Below are positions 38,298 to 47,430 of a stretch of 64,000 nucleotides of DNA, in pieces. Position numbers and translations under genes: made by a program. The stretch's first letter is position 1; the number at the start of each line of letters is the position of its first letter. The stretch is from Phycisphaerae bacterium (lineage in GTDB: Bacteria > Planctomycetota > Phycisphaerae > SM23-33), in contig JBEKZI010000003.1 in the NCBI GenBank assembly GCA_049510055.1, forward strand, positions 10,576-74,575. The letters are read 5' to 3'. The notes beneath the pieces were generated by a model that searched no databases, was not told where the DNA came from, and saw only the letters and a list, made by a program, of their open reading frames with translations.

Positions 38298-40016
38298 TCA
38301 TTCGAGAACAAGTTCACCGGCCTGAGCGTTCGCCAAAACTTCCTCCGCCGTCGTGATTCCGTGGAGAATTTTGAGTCTCCCGTCGGACAAAAGATTTCTC
38401 ATGCCGCTAGCCATCGCAGCCTGTCTCAGGTCCGACAGAGTCGACCCTCGGAAGGCCAGCTCGCGGAGCTCGTTATTCATGACCAGCAGCTCAAAGATTC
38501 CTTGACGGCCCCGATAGCCTGTTCCGTGGCAGTTTTCGCAACCTTTTCCTTTGTAGAAGGTTGCATTTGCGGCTTCCTCCTTGCCAAACCCGAGCATCCT
38601 GATCATTTTTTGATCGACATCTTTGTCAACGCCCTTGCATTTGGGGCAGATGACTCGGATCAGTCGCTGGGCCATGATGGCCTGGATACTGCTTGCGACA
38701 AGGAACGGCTTGACCCCCATATCGATCAGGCGCGTGATGGCGGATGGGGCATCGTTGGTGTGAAGTGTACTAAAAACCAAGTGTCCAGTTAAAGCAGCCT
38801 GGATAGCAACTTCAGCGACCTCTAAGTCTCGGATTTCGCCGACCAGGATGATGTTCGGTGCTTGGCGCAGCATGGCTCGAAGGATTCGAGCAAAGGTGAG
38901 ATTAATGGCCTCGTTGATCTGGACTTGGTTGACGCCGGTGAAATTGTACTCAACGGGATCCTCAGCCGTGATGATCTTGCGGTCGGGGCGGTTGAGTTCA
39001 TTGATAGCCGCATAGAGGGTGGTGGTCTTGCCGGAGCCGGTGGGGCCGGTTACGAGGAACATGCCGTTGGGGCGTTTGATGATCCTTATGAACCGTTCGT
39101 AGTCGTCCTGCTCGAATCCCAGGGCGGGAATGCCCAGGCGGACGCTTTCAGGCCGCAAAATACGCAGCACCATGCATTCCCCGTGGTAGGCGGGCAGGGA
39201 CGAGACACGGAAGTCGATCTTGCTTCCGCCGATGTCCATCTTGATTCGACCGTCCAGGGGCAGGCGTTTCTCGGCCAGGTCCATGCCGGACATAATCTTG
39301 AAGCGGTTGATCACGGGGCCTTGCATCCGCTTGGGAATGGGTTCGCGGTCGATGCACACGCCGTCCACGCGGTAACGGACGCGGACACGGTTGGTCATGG
39401 GTTCCACGTGGATGTCCGACGCCCTCATTTCGACCGCCTGGGTGATGAGCATGGTCACCAGCCGCACGATGGGGGCGGCGCCGTCGTCTTCCAGCAGGTC
39501 CAGCCCGTGGGCTTCCCCCGGGGCCACGTCGATGGTTTGCCGGCGAATCTCGTCCACGGCGGCGTCGATGCTCACCTCCGCGGCCGCCGGATTGGCCTTG
39601 TTGAGGTAGGCGTGGAACTTCGCCTTGGTCGTCAGGCAGGGCTGGATTTCGCAATTCAGCCGGAATCGCAGCATGTCCAGGGTCTCAAGGTCCATCGGGT
39701 CGGTGATGATTACCTTGAGCTTGCCCGCTTCGCGGTTCAGGGGCAGGACCATTCGGTTGCGGACAACTTCTTCGGGCAGGAGGTGGGCTTCGGGGGCTTG
39801 GGTGTCTGGCTTGAGGTCGAAGTACTCTATCTCGTACTGATACGCCATGGCCTTGGCGATGTCCTCCTCGCTGGCCAGGTTCATCGCGACCAGGGTTTCG
39901 CCGAGGCGCATGCCCTTTTTTCGACCCTGGGCCATGGCCTCGTCGATGCTCTTCTGGCTGGCCACGCCCCGCTCGACCAGGATTTCACCGAGACGTTTTC
40001 GCTTCTTTTTCGCCAT
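38298..40016 (-). CDS. Second GspE/PilB-family assembly ATPase with N-terminal domain
   Basis: 'GPTGSGKTTT', 'GHLVFSTLHTNDA', 'CPKCKG...CENCHGTG'; 572 aa. Confidence 0.85.
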   Translation of the reverse strand: MAKKKRKRLGEILVERGVASQKSIDEAMAQGRKKGMRLGETLVAMNLASEEDIAKAMAYQYEIEYFDLKPDTQAPEAHLLPEEVVRNRMVLPLNREAGKLKVIITDPMDLETLDMLRFRLNCEIQPCLTTKAKFHAYLNKANPAAAEVSIDAAVDEIRRQTIDVAPGEAHGLDLLEDDGAAPIVRLVTMLITQAVEMRASDIHVEPMTNRVRVRYRVDGVCIDREPIPKRMQGPVINRFKIMSGMDLAEKRLPLDGRIKMDIGGSKIDFRVSSLPAYHGECMVLRILRPESVRLGIPALGFEQDDYERFIRIIKRPNGMFLVTGPTGSGKTTTLYAAINELNRPDRKIITAEDPVEYNFTGVNQVQINEAINLTFARILRAMLRQAPNIILVGEIRDLEVAEVAIQAALTGHLVFSTLHTNDAPSAITRLIDMGVKPFLVASSIQAIMAQRLIRVICPKCKGVDKDVDQKMIRMLGFGKEEAANATFYKGKGCENCHGTGYRGRQGIFELLVMNNELRELAFRGSTLSDLRQAAMASGMRNLLSDGRLKILHGITTAEEVLANAQAGELVLE

Positions 40017-40439
40017 CTCTCACCCGTTGTCGCGCCTGGCCGGGCCGTGCCGGCGGAGGCGCGCCGCGCGTCGGAGCTTAGGAAGCCCCGCGGGCGGGGC
40101 AGCTTTCGTGGGGGCTAAGCGGCGGGCTTCTGCCCAGGCACTTTAGTCACCATCCTTGGAAACCGCCGGCCCCTCGCACCCGTAAGCTGGGTGCGTCAGG
40201 GCCCTGCCTTAGGGGGTCCGTCAACGCATTGTACAGAAATTGATAAAGCGCGGTCAAGCTCCACCGCCAGCACCAGCGTTTTATCGCTGTTTTCCTCACG
40301 GCACCTGGCGAAAAACTTGTCCGACGCGTTCCCTCAAGGCAGGGACTCTTGTTCCTATTTCATCGACCTTCCGTCCCGCCTCCTTCCCTAAAACATTCCT
40401 AAAACGCAAGGGTTTCCGCCCATTCCTGCGGTCTTGGGC

Positions 40440-40985
40440 TCACATCAGGGGCCGTTGTCCGTGGGCTTTTCGGATCGCCTGGGCGGCTATCAGGGCGTGC
40501 CGTTCCTGTTCCAGCAGGCCGACGAGGTTGCCGGTCGAAATGCCGACGTGCGCGGCGGCATCGGCCAGGCGACCTTCGTAATGGTCCAGGACGTCCAACA
40601 GGTAGGCCGCCACCGGCCAATAGCGGCGGTCGCGCCGGCCCACTTGCAGGCGCAACCGGTCCGCCCCCGGGCCTCCGCGGGCCGTAAACAGGCATTCGCA
40701 CACGGTCGGCGGAGGTGGGGCGGCAGGGTCGACGCGGCGGCGCAACGTGCAAGCCAGGTTCATGCGGAGTCGTTGCAGGGCCAACTGCTTGTTTTCGTGC
40801 TGGCTGCGGCTCTGGTCACCGTGGGTGGTGATGCCGGTGGGTTTGTGCCTCAGCCGCACGGCCGAGGATACCTTGTTGCGATGCTGGCCGCCGGGGCCGG
40901 AGGACTTGTAGGTGTGGACATCGCACTGGGCCAGCAGGGCCTTGTCGTCCATGTCCAGGGAGTCTCGCCCGTCCATGGCGGCCAT
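40440..40985 (-). CDS. GGQ-domain peptidyl-tRNA hydrolase (ArfB/RF-1-domain-like ribosome rescue factor)
   Basis: 'YKSSGPGGQHRNKVSSAVRLRH' GGQ motif. Confidence 0.6.
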   Translation of the reverse strand: MAAMDGRDSLDMDDKALLAQCDVHTYKSSGPGGQHRNKVSSAVRLRHKPTGITTHGDQSRSQHENKQLALQRLRMNLACTLRRRVDPAAPPPPTVCECLFTARGGPGADRLRLQVGRRDRRYWPVAAYLLDVLDHYEGRLADAAAHVGISTGNLVGLLEQERHALIAAQAIRKAHGQRPLM

Positions 40986-41144
40986 GATAGGGACCGGCGT
41001 CCCCGCCCGCCAGCGCCGCGGGCGGAAAGGACGGCAACTTTTCTGCGCCGGCAGTTTTGCACCTTGTGAAGAACATCGAAGTGGTGTTAGAATGTCTTAA
41101 CGGTTGCAGGACGACAGCCACCCACCAGCTCACCGATCACGATC

Positions 41145-42503
41145 ATGGCCATGGAGCCGACGAACGATTGGACCAATGCGGAAACACGCGTCGAGCGTGC
41201 GCATGAGTTGTACGAACGCGGCCGCTGGTTGGAAGCGGCCGCCGAACTTCGCGCCGCCATCGAGATCAATCCGTACAATCCCTCCTGGCATTTCAACCTG
41301 GCGCTGACGCTGGAGGCCCTGGGCGACTACAAACGCGCCTGCGAGGCCTTCAGCAGGGCGCTGAAACTGGACGCCAATGACGTCGAGACGCTCAACTGCC
41401 TGGCCGTCAATCTGACCCGCCTGGGCCGCTACGCCGAGGCGCTGCGCCAGTTCCAGCGCATCGACGAGCTGGACCCCAACTACGAACCGTCCTACTGCAA
41501 CCGCATCATCACCTATACCGAGATCGGCGACCACGACAAGGCCGAGATGATTTTCTACCGCGCCCGGCAGATCAAGGAAGAATGTCCCCAGTGCTATTAC
41601 AACATCGCCGGCAGCCTGTATGCCCGCGGGCAGTACGACCGCGCGATTTACTGCTGGCAGCAGACGATCCGGCTGGACCCCTCGCACCCCTACGCCCATG
41701 TCCGCATCGCCGAAGCCTGCTGGGCCAAGGGCGACCTGGCGCATGCCCGCGAGTACTACGAGAAGGAAATTCAATCCGATCGGCCCGCCGACGTCGAAAC
41801 GCTGCTGGACTTCGGCGAGCTGCTGATGGAGTTGGGCGACATGGACGGGGCCGGCGACGTCTTTCGCAAGGCCCTGGCCCAGGCGGGAGACAATCCTTCG
41901 GTCCATTTCTGCCTGGGCGAGCTGTTGCTGCGCACCGGGCCTAAAGAACAAGCCGAAGAGCACTTCTCCAAGGTGCTGGAGCTTGACGAGCGATATCCCG
42001 CGGCCCACCTGAAGCTGGCCGAGGCCCTGATTCATACCGGAAAGATCCAGGAAGGCGCCAAGCACCTGATCCTTGAGCTGCGGCGGTCGGGCCACGATCA
42101 CCAGATGCTCAAAGAGGTGGGCAAGCTGCTGCTGGAGGCCAACCGCGGCCGCCAGGCCAATCTCGTGCTGCGGCGGCTGGTGAACCTCCAGCCCGACGAT
42201 CCGCAGGCCCAGCACAACCTGGCCATTAGCTATTTCATGATGGATCAATTGCCCGAGGGCGTTCGTTGCTGCCGGCGGGCGCTGAAGCTCAAACCGGACT
42301 ACCCGCAGGCCCTGTACAACCTGGCCCTGGCCCACATGCGGATGGGGCAGATGGCCCGCGCCCGCCGCTACGCCGCCCGGGCGATTACCGTGGCGCCGGA
42401 GGATGAGAACCTCCGCCGCCTCAGCCGCCGTCTGGGCACGAAGGACTTCTGGACCCGCCTGCGGGGCCGCCTGTATCTGCCGAGCGACAAGCCCCGCGAC
42501 TAG
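41145..42503 (+). CDS. Tetratricopeptide (TPR) repeat protein
   Basis: About 11 consecutive 34-residue repeats with the W-LG-Y-A-F-A-P signature. Confidence 0.75.
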   Translation: MAMEPTNDWTNAETRVERAHELYERGRWLEAAAELRAAIEINPYNPSWHFNLALTLEALGDYKRACEAFSRALKLDANDVETLNCLAVNLTRLGRYAEALRQFQRIDELDPNYEPSYCNRIITYTEIGDHDKAEMIFYRARQIKEECPQCYYNIAGSLYARGQYDRAIYCWQQTIRLDPSHPYAHVRIAEACWAKGDLAHAREYYEKEIQSDRPADVETLLDFGELLMELGDMDGAGDVFRKALAQAGDNPSVHFCLGELLLRTGPKEQAEEHFSKVLELDERYPAAHLKLAEALIHTGKIQEGAKHLILELRRSGHDHQMLKEVGKLLLEANRGRQANLVLRRLVNLQPDDPQAQHNLAISYFMMDQLPEGVRCCRRALKLKPDYPQALYNLALAHMRMGQMARARRYAARAITVAPEDENLRRLSRRLGTKDFWTRLRGRLYLPSDKPRD

Positions 42504-42549
42504 AGTTGATCCACAACCGCCTTCCTTGACCTGCCAGGAGACAAGGCAC

Positions 42550-43524
42550 GTGAACACGCCGTCCCGCCCCGTCATTGTCGTCACCGAGCCGCTGAACGAA
42601 CGAACGCTGAAGTACCTGGCCGAGCACGGCGACCTCCGCCGCATGACCATCCAGGACCTGCCCGCCCACATCGCCGAAGCCGACGCCCTGATCGTGCGGA
42701 CCTATACGCAGGTCAACGAGGCGCTGCTGTCGGGGGCCAAGCGGCTGAAGGTCGTCGGCAGGGCGGGGGTGGCGCTGGATAACATCGACGTGCCCGCCTG
42801 CCGTCGCCGCGGCATCGAGGTCGTCCACACGCCGGCGGCCAACACGCTGGCCGTGGTGGACTACATTATTGGCATGATCGTCCAGATGAACCGCCGCTTC
42901 TGGCCGCTGGGCGGGCCGCTCATCGCGACGGAGTTCCACCAGGTCCGCAAGCAGACGTTCGGCCGGTTCCTGTCGGGAACGACGCTGGGCATCGTCGGTT
43001 GCGGCCGGATCGGCTCGCGCGTCGGTCGGGCGGCGGCGGCCCTGGGAATGAAGGTCCTGTACAACGACATTATCCCCATTTCACTGGACTATCCGGCCGA
43101 GGAAGTGGACAAGCCCACGCTCTACGCCCGCAGCGACATCGTCACGATCCACGTGCCGCTGACCCGCCTGACCCGCCGCATGATCAACGAGGAAACGTTG
43201 CGGCAGTTCAAGAAGGGCGCCCAGTTCATCAACGCCGCTCGCGGGCCCTGCGTAAACTACGCTCACCTGGCCGCGGCCATCCGTGGCGGGCACATCTCGG
43301 CAGCCGTCATCGACTGCCACGATCCGGAACCTCCGCCGCCGGACTATCCGATGTTCAGCCTGCCCAACGTTATTCTCACGCCGCACGTCGCCGCCCGCGT
43401 CCCGGCCGCCGTCGAGGCCATGTGTGACGTGGTCTACGACGTCGTGGCCGTGCTGGAAGGACGTCCGCCCGCCTATCCGGCTAAGGATGACGAGGATCAG
43501 GAAAACGCGCCGAACGACGCCTGA
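42550..43524 (+). CDS. D-isomer-specific 2-hydroxyacid dehydrogenase (PGDH-like)
   Basis: GTG 42550 preceded by AGGAGA; 'GIVGCGRIGSRVG' NAD fold; catalytic 'NAARG', 'TPHVA'. The ORF's upstream part overlaps the TPR gene. Confidence 0.75.
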   Translation: MNTPSRPVIVVTEPLNERTLKYLAEHGDLRRMTIQDLPAHIAEADALIVRTYTQVNEALLSGAKRLKVVGRAGVALDNIDVPACRRRGIEVVHTPAANTLAVVDYIIGMIVQMNRRFWPLGGPLIATEFHQVRKQTFGRFLSGTTLGIVGCGRIGSRVGRAAAALGMKVLYNDIIPISLDYPAEEVDKPTLYARSDIVTIHVPLTRLTRRMINEETLRQFKKGAQFINAARGPCVNYAHLAAAIRGGHISAAVIDCHDPEPPPPDYPMFSLPNVILTPHVAARVPAAVEAMCDVVYDVVAVLEGRPPAYPAKDDEDQENAPNDA

Positions 43525-43639
43525 CCGCTCGGCCGATTGACTTTTTTAGCCTCTTGTCCGCTCCCGATGGAGACGCTAAACTGCCGGCCTTCTAAGGCAA
43601 AGTTTTTTCACACGACGCACGCGGACGGCGAGGTGGCTA

Positions 43640-45121
43640 GTGGTGGCTCGATTGGGTCTGCTCGGCTTGCTTGCCCTGGTGGCCGTGGAATGGGGCTGCG
43701 CGGCGATGCCGGGCGCGTCGCCGCCGGCCAGCCCGGACGAATATCGGGCCATGCAGGCCTCCTGGCGGACCAGCTACCCGCGGCAGACCATCCTGCTGTA
43801 CAACCTTCAGCGCGTCCTGGACCACGACCTGGATACCTCCAGCCGCGTGGCGTCTATGAAGGTCGTGGCGGAGCTGGGCGGGGAGGATCCGATGGTCCTG
43901 GAGCAATTGGCCGGCGTGCTGAGCGAGGCCAACACCCCTCCATCGCTGCGCGACGAAGTCCTGACCTTTTTGCTCAGCAAGGACTACCCCGAGCTGGCCC
44001 AGTACGTCGTGAAGGTGCTGCCGCACGTGCGGGGCTCCCAGAAATTGCGGGACGTGCTGCTCGATTGGCTGGTGCGCCATCCCACGGCTTCCACGCTGTC
44101 GGAGATCGTCAAGACGTGGGCGGACATCCCGCCCAGCAACGTGGCCGAGGAAACCAACTTCCGCCAAGTCGTGGAAAAGCTGACCAACCAGCCCTGGGAC
44201 AGGGCCCTGGTGGATGCGATGAACTCGCAGGGTTTTTCCGCCCGCGGATCGGCCCTGGAGGTTCTCACGACGCGGCTGCCGCCGGCGGTGCTGAAGCGGG
44301 CCATTCTGGACGCCAACGCCCGCACGGAAGCGATGGCCGTGCTCCAGACCTGCATCAGCCGCTTCGACTACCTGCCGACGGCGGGCCAGGAGTTGCTGTC
44401 GGCCGCCTCGGTGTTCCGGACGCACAGCGACATGCTGCCGCAGACGGCGGAACTGGCCGGAAAGTGGCGCCGCGAGTACGGATACCGTTTCAACATTCGC
44501 GACTTCCACCTCATCAGCCGCCTGGCCGCCGACCCCCGCAAGGCCGCCATGTCGCGGGAGCAGCTTGTGGCGGACTTGTCGAGGAACCTGTTGAGGCGGC
44601 GGCACGTCCGCTATGCCGTGGTACCTCTCTCGCAGGAGGACCAATCCACCCGCTTCGACAAGCTCGCCGACCGCCTGACGATGGTGGACCTGTGGAATCT
44701 GTGGCTGCTGGACGAGATGATCAGTCGCTCCAACATCCAGGCGGCCATCGCCATGCTGGCGGAGGAGGACCGCCAGGACGCCCATCGCACCTCCGGAGGC
44801 CTGGTCTTCCTAGAAGGGGGGCAGGCGCTGGCCAGGGTGTATCCCATGGATCGCCAGCTGGCGTCCGGCGATTTGACCTACGCGCCCAGCAGCCGGCTCC
44901 TGTCCGACGGGCGAGACGCCATGTGTCGCTTCCTGGGGCACTTTGAGACGCTTCGCAACGCCAACCGGGCCGGTCCCACGGCCGAGGAAGTCGCCGCGGC
45001 ACGCAAGAGCAATTACTATCTGCTCGTCTGGACCAGCCTCAGTGAAAACGCCTTCTGCGCGCATTACTGCAATCCACAGGGTATCGTGGTGTCGTTGGGG
45101 CAGTTCCCCTTTGCCCGCTGA
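43640..45121 (+). CDS. Hypothetical secreted/lipoprotein with HEAT/ARM-like helical repeats
   Basis: Signal peptide 'MVARLGLLGLLALVAVEWGCAA'; all-helical repeat character. No recognisable catalytic motif. Confidence 0.45.
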   Translation: MVARLGLLGLLALVAVEWGCAAMPGASPPASPDEYRAMQASWRTSYPRQTILLYNLQRVLDHDLDTSSRVASMKVVAELGGEDPMVLEQLAGVLSEANTPPSLRDEVLTFLLSKDYPELAQYVVKVLPHVRGSQKLRDVLLDWLVRHPTASTLSEIVKTWADIPPSNVAEETNFRQVVEKLTNQPWDRALVDAMNSQGFSARGSALEVLTTRLPPAVLKRAILDANARTEAMAVLQTCISRFDYLPTAGQELLSAASVFRTHSDMLPQTAELAGKWRREYGYRFNIRDFHLISRLAADPRKAAMSREQLVADLSRNLLRRRHVRYAVVPLSQEDQSTRFDKLADRLTMVDLWNLWLLDEMISRSNIQAAIAMLAEEDRQDAHRTSGGLVFLEGGQALARVYPMDRQLASGDLTYAPSSRLLSDGRDAMCRFLGHFETLRNANRAGPTAEEVAAARKSNYYLLVWTSLSENAFCAHYCNPQGIVVSLGQFPFAR

Positions 45122-45185
45122 GCGGCGATCTATCCGCGTTCGGTCGAAAGTTGGTGTGGCCCGCGACAGTCATGGGGCGTATGTC

Positions 45186-46691
45186 ATGCAGGAGAAATGC
45201 CGGATAAAAACATCTCCTAATCGTTTGTTGCAGTTCGCGGCCGTTGCGATCATCGGCATCTTTGTACTCGGCTTTGTGTTCTCCTCCCTGGGGGCGTGGA
45301 CGGGCGCGGTCTTAGGCGCGTGGTTCATAGGCACGCAGAAAGCATGGCGCGGATTTTTATTGCTGGTGGGCATCAACTTCATTTCACATGTGTTTTCGAA
45401 ATGGCATGGAACTTCCCCGACTGAACTTGAGCACGTCGGCAGGACCATGCTGGCTGCCCTCATTAACGTTCTGCCCTTCCTGCTCTATCGATTCACGAGC
45501 CAGCGTCGGCAAGGTTTTCTGTCAACCCTTTCCTTGCCGTTTTATGGCGTTGCTTTGCAAACACTGGGGCCGCTGTTCCTGCCGGCCAGCCTGTCCGCAA
45601 TCCCCAGGACGGATGCAATTTCGTTTCTCATCTACTGGTTCGCGGCTGTCATCCATTGGATTTGGAACCAGGAATTCCGGGCCAAGAAGATTGCCACGGG
45701 CGCAAGTATTTTCGTCGCCGTGTGCGTCCTTGTCTTGGGATACGGCTTCTTCCTGCGGACCACCCACCCTGGGACGCCTCATGTTCTGCCCACGAGTCCG
45801 GCTTTTGCATGGTTATGTCTGCTTGGAGGCTTGATGGTGAGCGCATGGTGTCTGATTCAGTCCGGCAAGCGGCGCGAGCTATGGGCAGATAAAACCGAGA
45901 CGGTCGCCCTCTTGCGAAGCCCGTTCACCGGAGATTCTCTACGTGTGATCAGCGAACACGGTCATGAAGTCTTGGTCAGCCCGTCGGGCGAACGGTTTGC
46001 GGTTCGCAACGGAATTCCCGTCTTTCTGGATCCCAAGAAGCTCACGGGCTCCAACCGCAAATATAACCAACTGTATGAAATCATCGGCGGTTTCTATGAC
46101 GACATCCAGAGGGTGCAATGTGCGTTACGGGGTATCCGTTTGGGCCAATACCTTTGGGATTATCTGCGATTCCTTGAAATCAAGCCCGGTGATTCAGTGC
46201 TGGAAACCTCCATCGGCACCGGCCTCAACTACAAATACCTACCGCACGGCGTAAAGCTCTTTGGTCTTGATCTCTCGGCGGAAATGCTGACGAATTGCCA
46301 GGCCAATCTGCGCCGATGGGAGATGGACGCCGATCTTTTTCTCGGAAATGCCGAGGAGCTGCCATTTGCCAATGACAGTTTTGATGTGGTGTTTCACGTG
46401 GGAGGAATCAACTTCTTTAATGACAGGGCCAAAGCGATCCAGGAAATGATCCGTGTGGCAAAGCCAGGGAGTCGCTTGTTGATTGCCGATGAGACCGAAG
46501 AGCATGTGAAAAGCACTTTTGAACGAGGTCCCATCATAGGCCGATATTTCAGGAACCGCCGGGAACCTGTCACAGCTCCGATGGATCTCGTCCATCCCCA
46601 GATGCAGGAAATACATCTTGAGATGCTGCGGAATGGGCGATTCTATGCCCTCACATTTCGTAAACCCGCCTTCGCGACGCCGAACTCATAA
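45186..46691 (+). CDS. Membrane protein fused to a Trm112-like zinc-ribbon-like segment and a class I SAM-dependent methyltransferase
   Basis: ATG 45186. About 6 TM segments, then 'LRSPFTGDSLRVI...GIPVFLD' (Trm112-like), then 'VLETSIGTGLN' motif I, 'LIADE'. Confidence 0.6.
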   Translation: MQEKCRIKTSPNRLLQFAAVAIIGIFVLGFVFSSLGAWTGAVLGAWFIGTQKAWRGFLLLVGINFISHVFSKWHGTSPTELEHVGRTMLAALINVLPFLLYRFTSQRRQGFLSTLSLPFYGVALQTLGPLFLPASLSAIPRTDAISFLIYWFAAVIHWIWNQEFRAKKIATGASIFVAVCVLVLGYGFFLRTTHPGTPHVLPTSPAFAWLCLLGGLMVSAWCLIQSGKRRELWADKTETVALLRSPFTGDSLRVISEHGHEVLVSPSGERFAVRNGIPVFLDPKKLTGSNRKYNQLYEIIGGFYDDIQRVQCALRGIRLGQYLWDYLRFLEIKPGDSVLETSIGTGLNYKYLPHGVKLFGLDLSAEMLTNCQANLRRWEMDADLFLGNAEELPFANDSFDVVFHVGGINFFNDRAKAIQEMIRVAKPGSRLLIADETEEHVKSTFERGPIIGRYFRNRREPVTAPMDLVHPQMQEIHLEMLRNGRFYALTFRKPAFATPNS

Positions 46692-46747
46692 AACGTGCAT
46701 TCATTGCGATAAATCGCGTCGCGATCTTCCCGCTGGATGATTCGTGC

Positions 46748-47371
46748 TTAGAGGACTTCCCGCAGCAGCCGGTCGATGGCCTCGTACTCGTGCTTCATCA
46801 TCGCCAGTTGCTGGCGATGCTCCTGAAGAGTCTCCGGCGCCGTGGCGGCTAGAAACTTTTCGTCGTTCAGCTTGGTGGACAGTTGCTGGATGATATTCGC
46901 CAGCAGGTCCATGCGCCGCCGCAGCATCTCGATGCGATCCTTGGGCTCGCCGGGGCCCTCGGCCGCGTCCTGGAGCACTTTCTCCGCCGCGTAGATGGGC
47001 GTGCCCAGGGCCGCCCCTAGCGCGATGGCGTCGGAGGGGCGGGAATCCACCGTGATCATCTGGCCGCCCTGGCGGATGTAGAGCGTCGCGATGAAGGTGC
47101 CCCAGCCGTCCTCCACGTCGTAGCGCAGGTCGTTGATGACGATTTTTTCCAACGTCCCGCCCAGCGCCTGGATGGTGTTGGCCAGCAGCTCGTGGGTCAG
47201 CGGCCGATGGAAAGGGACGCCCTTCAGGCGGCGGTCGATGGCCAGCGCCTCGGTCAGGCCGATGCCGATCTGGAACACCCGGCCCTTGCCGCCGCGCTCG
47301 CGCAGGTAAATTTTCTGCTGCCCGCCGGCGGTGTTGATGACGATCCGAGCCAACTCCATCGGCACGTCCAT
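46748..47371 (-). CDS. Bifunctional nuclease (BFN/DUF151) family protein with C-terminal UVR-like helix
   Basis: ATG 47371 gives 'MDVPMELARIVINTAGGQQKIYL...RPSDAIALGA'. The 340 upstream codons of the ORF are a Gly/Arg/Pro artefact. Confidence 0.7.
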   Translation of the reverse strand: MDVPMELARIVINTAGGQQKIYLRERGGKGRVFQIGIGLTEALAIDRRLKGVPFHRPLTHELLANTIQALGGTLEKIVINDLRYDVEDGWGTFIATLYIRQGGQMITVDSRPSDAIALGAALGTPIYAAEKVLQDAAEGPGEPKDRIEMLRRRMDLLANIIQQLSTKLNDEKFLAATAPETLQEHRQQLAMMKHEYEAIDRLLREVL

Positions 47372-47430
47372 GGGACACCTCGCACCACCTATTATAGTCT
47401 CGCCGACTTTTCTCGCAAAGCCGCCGCACG

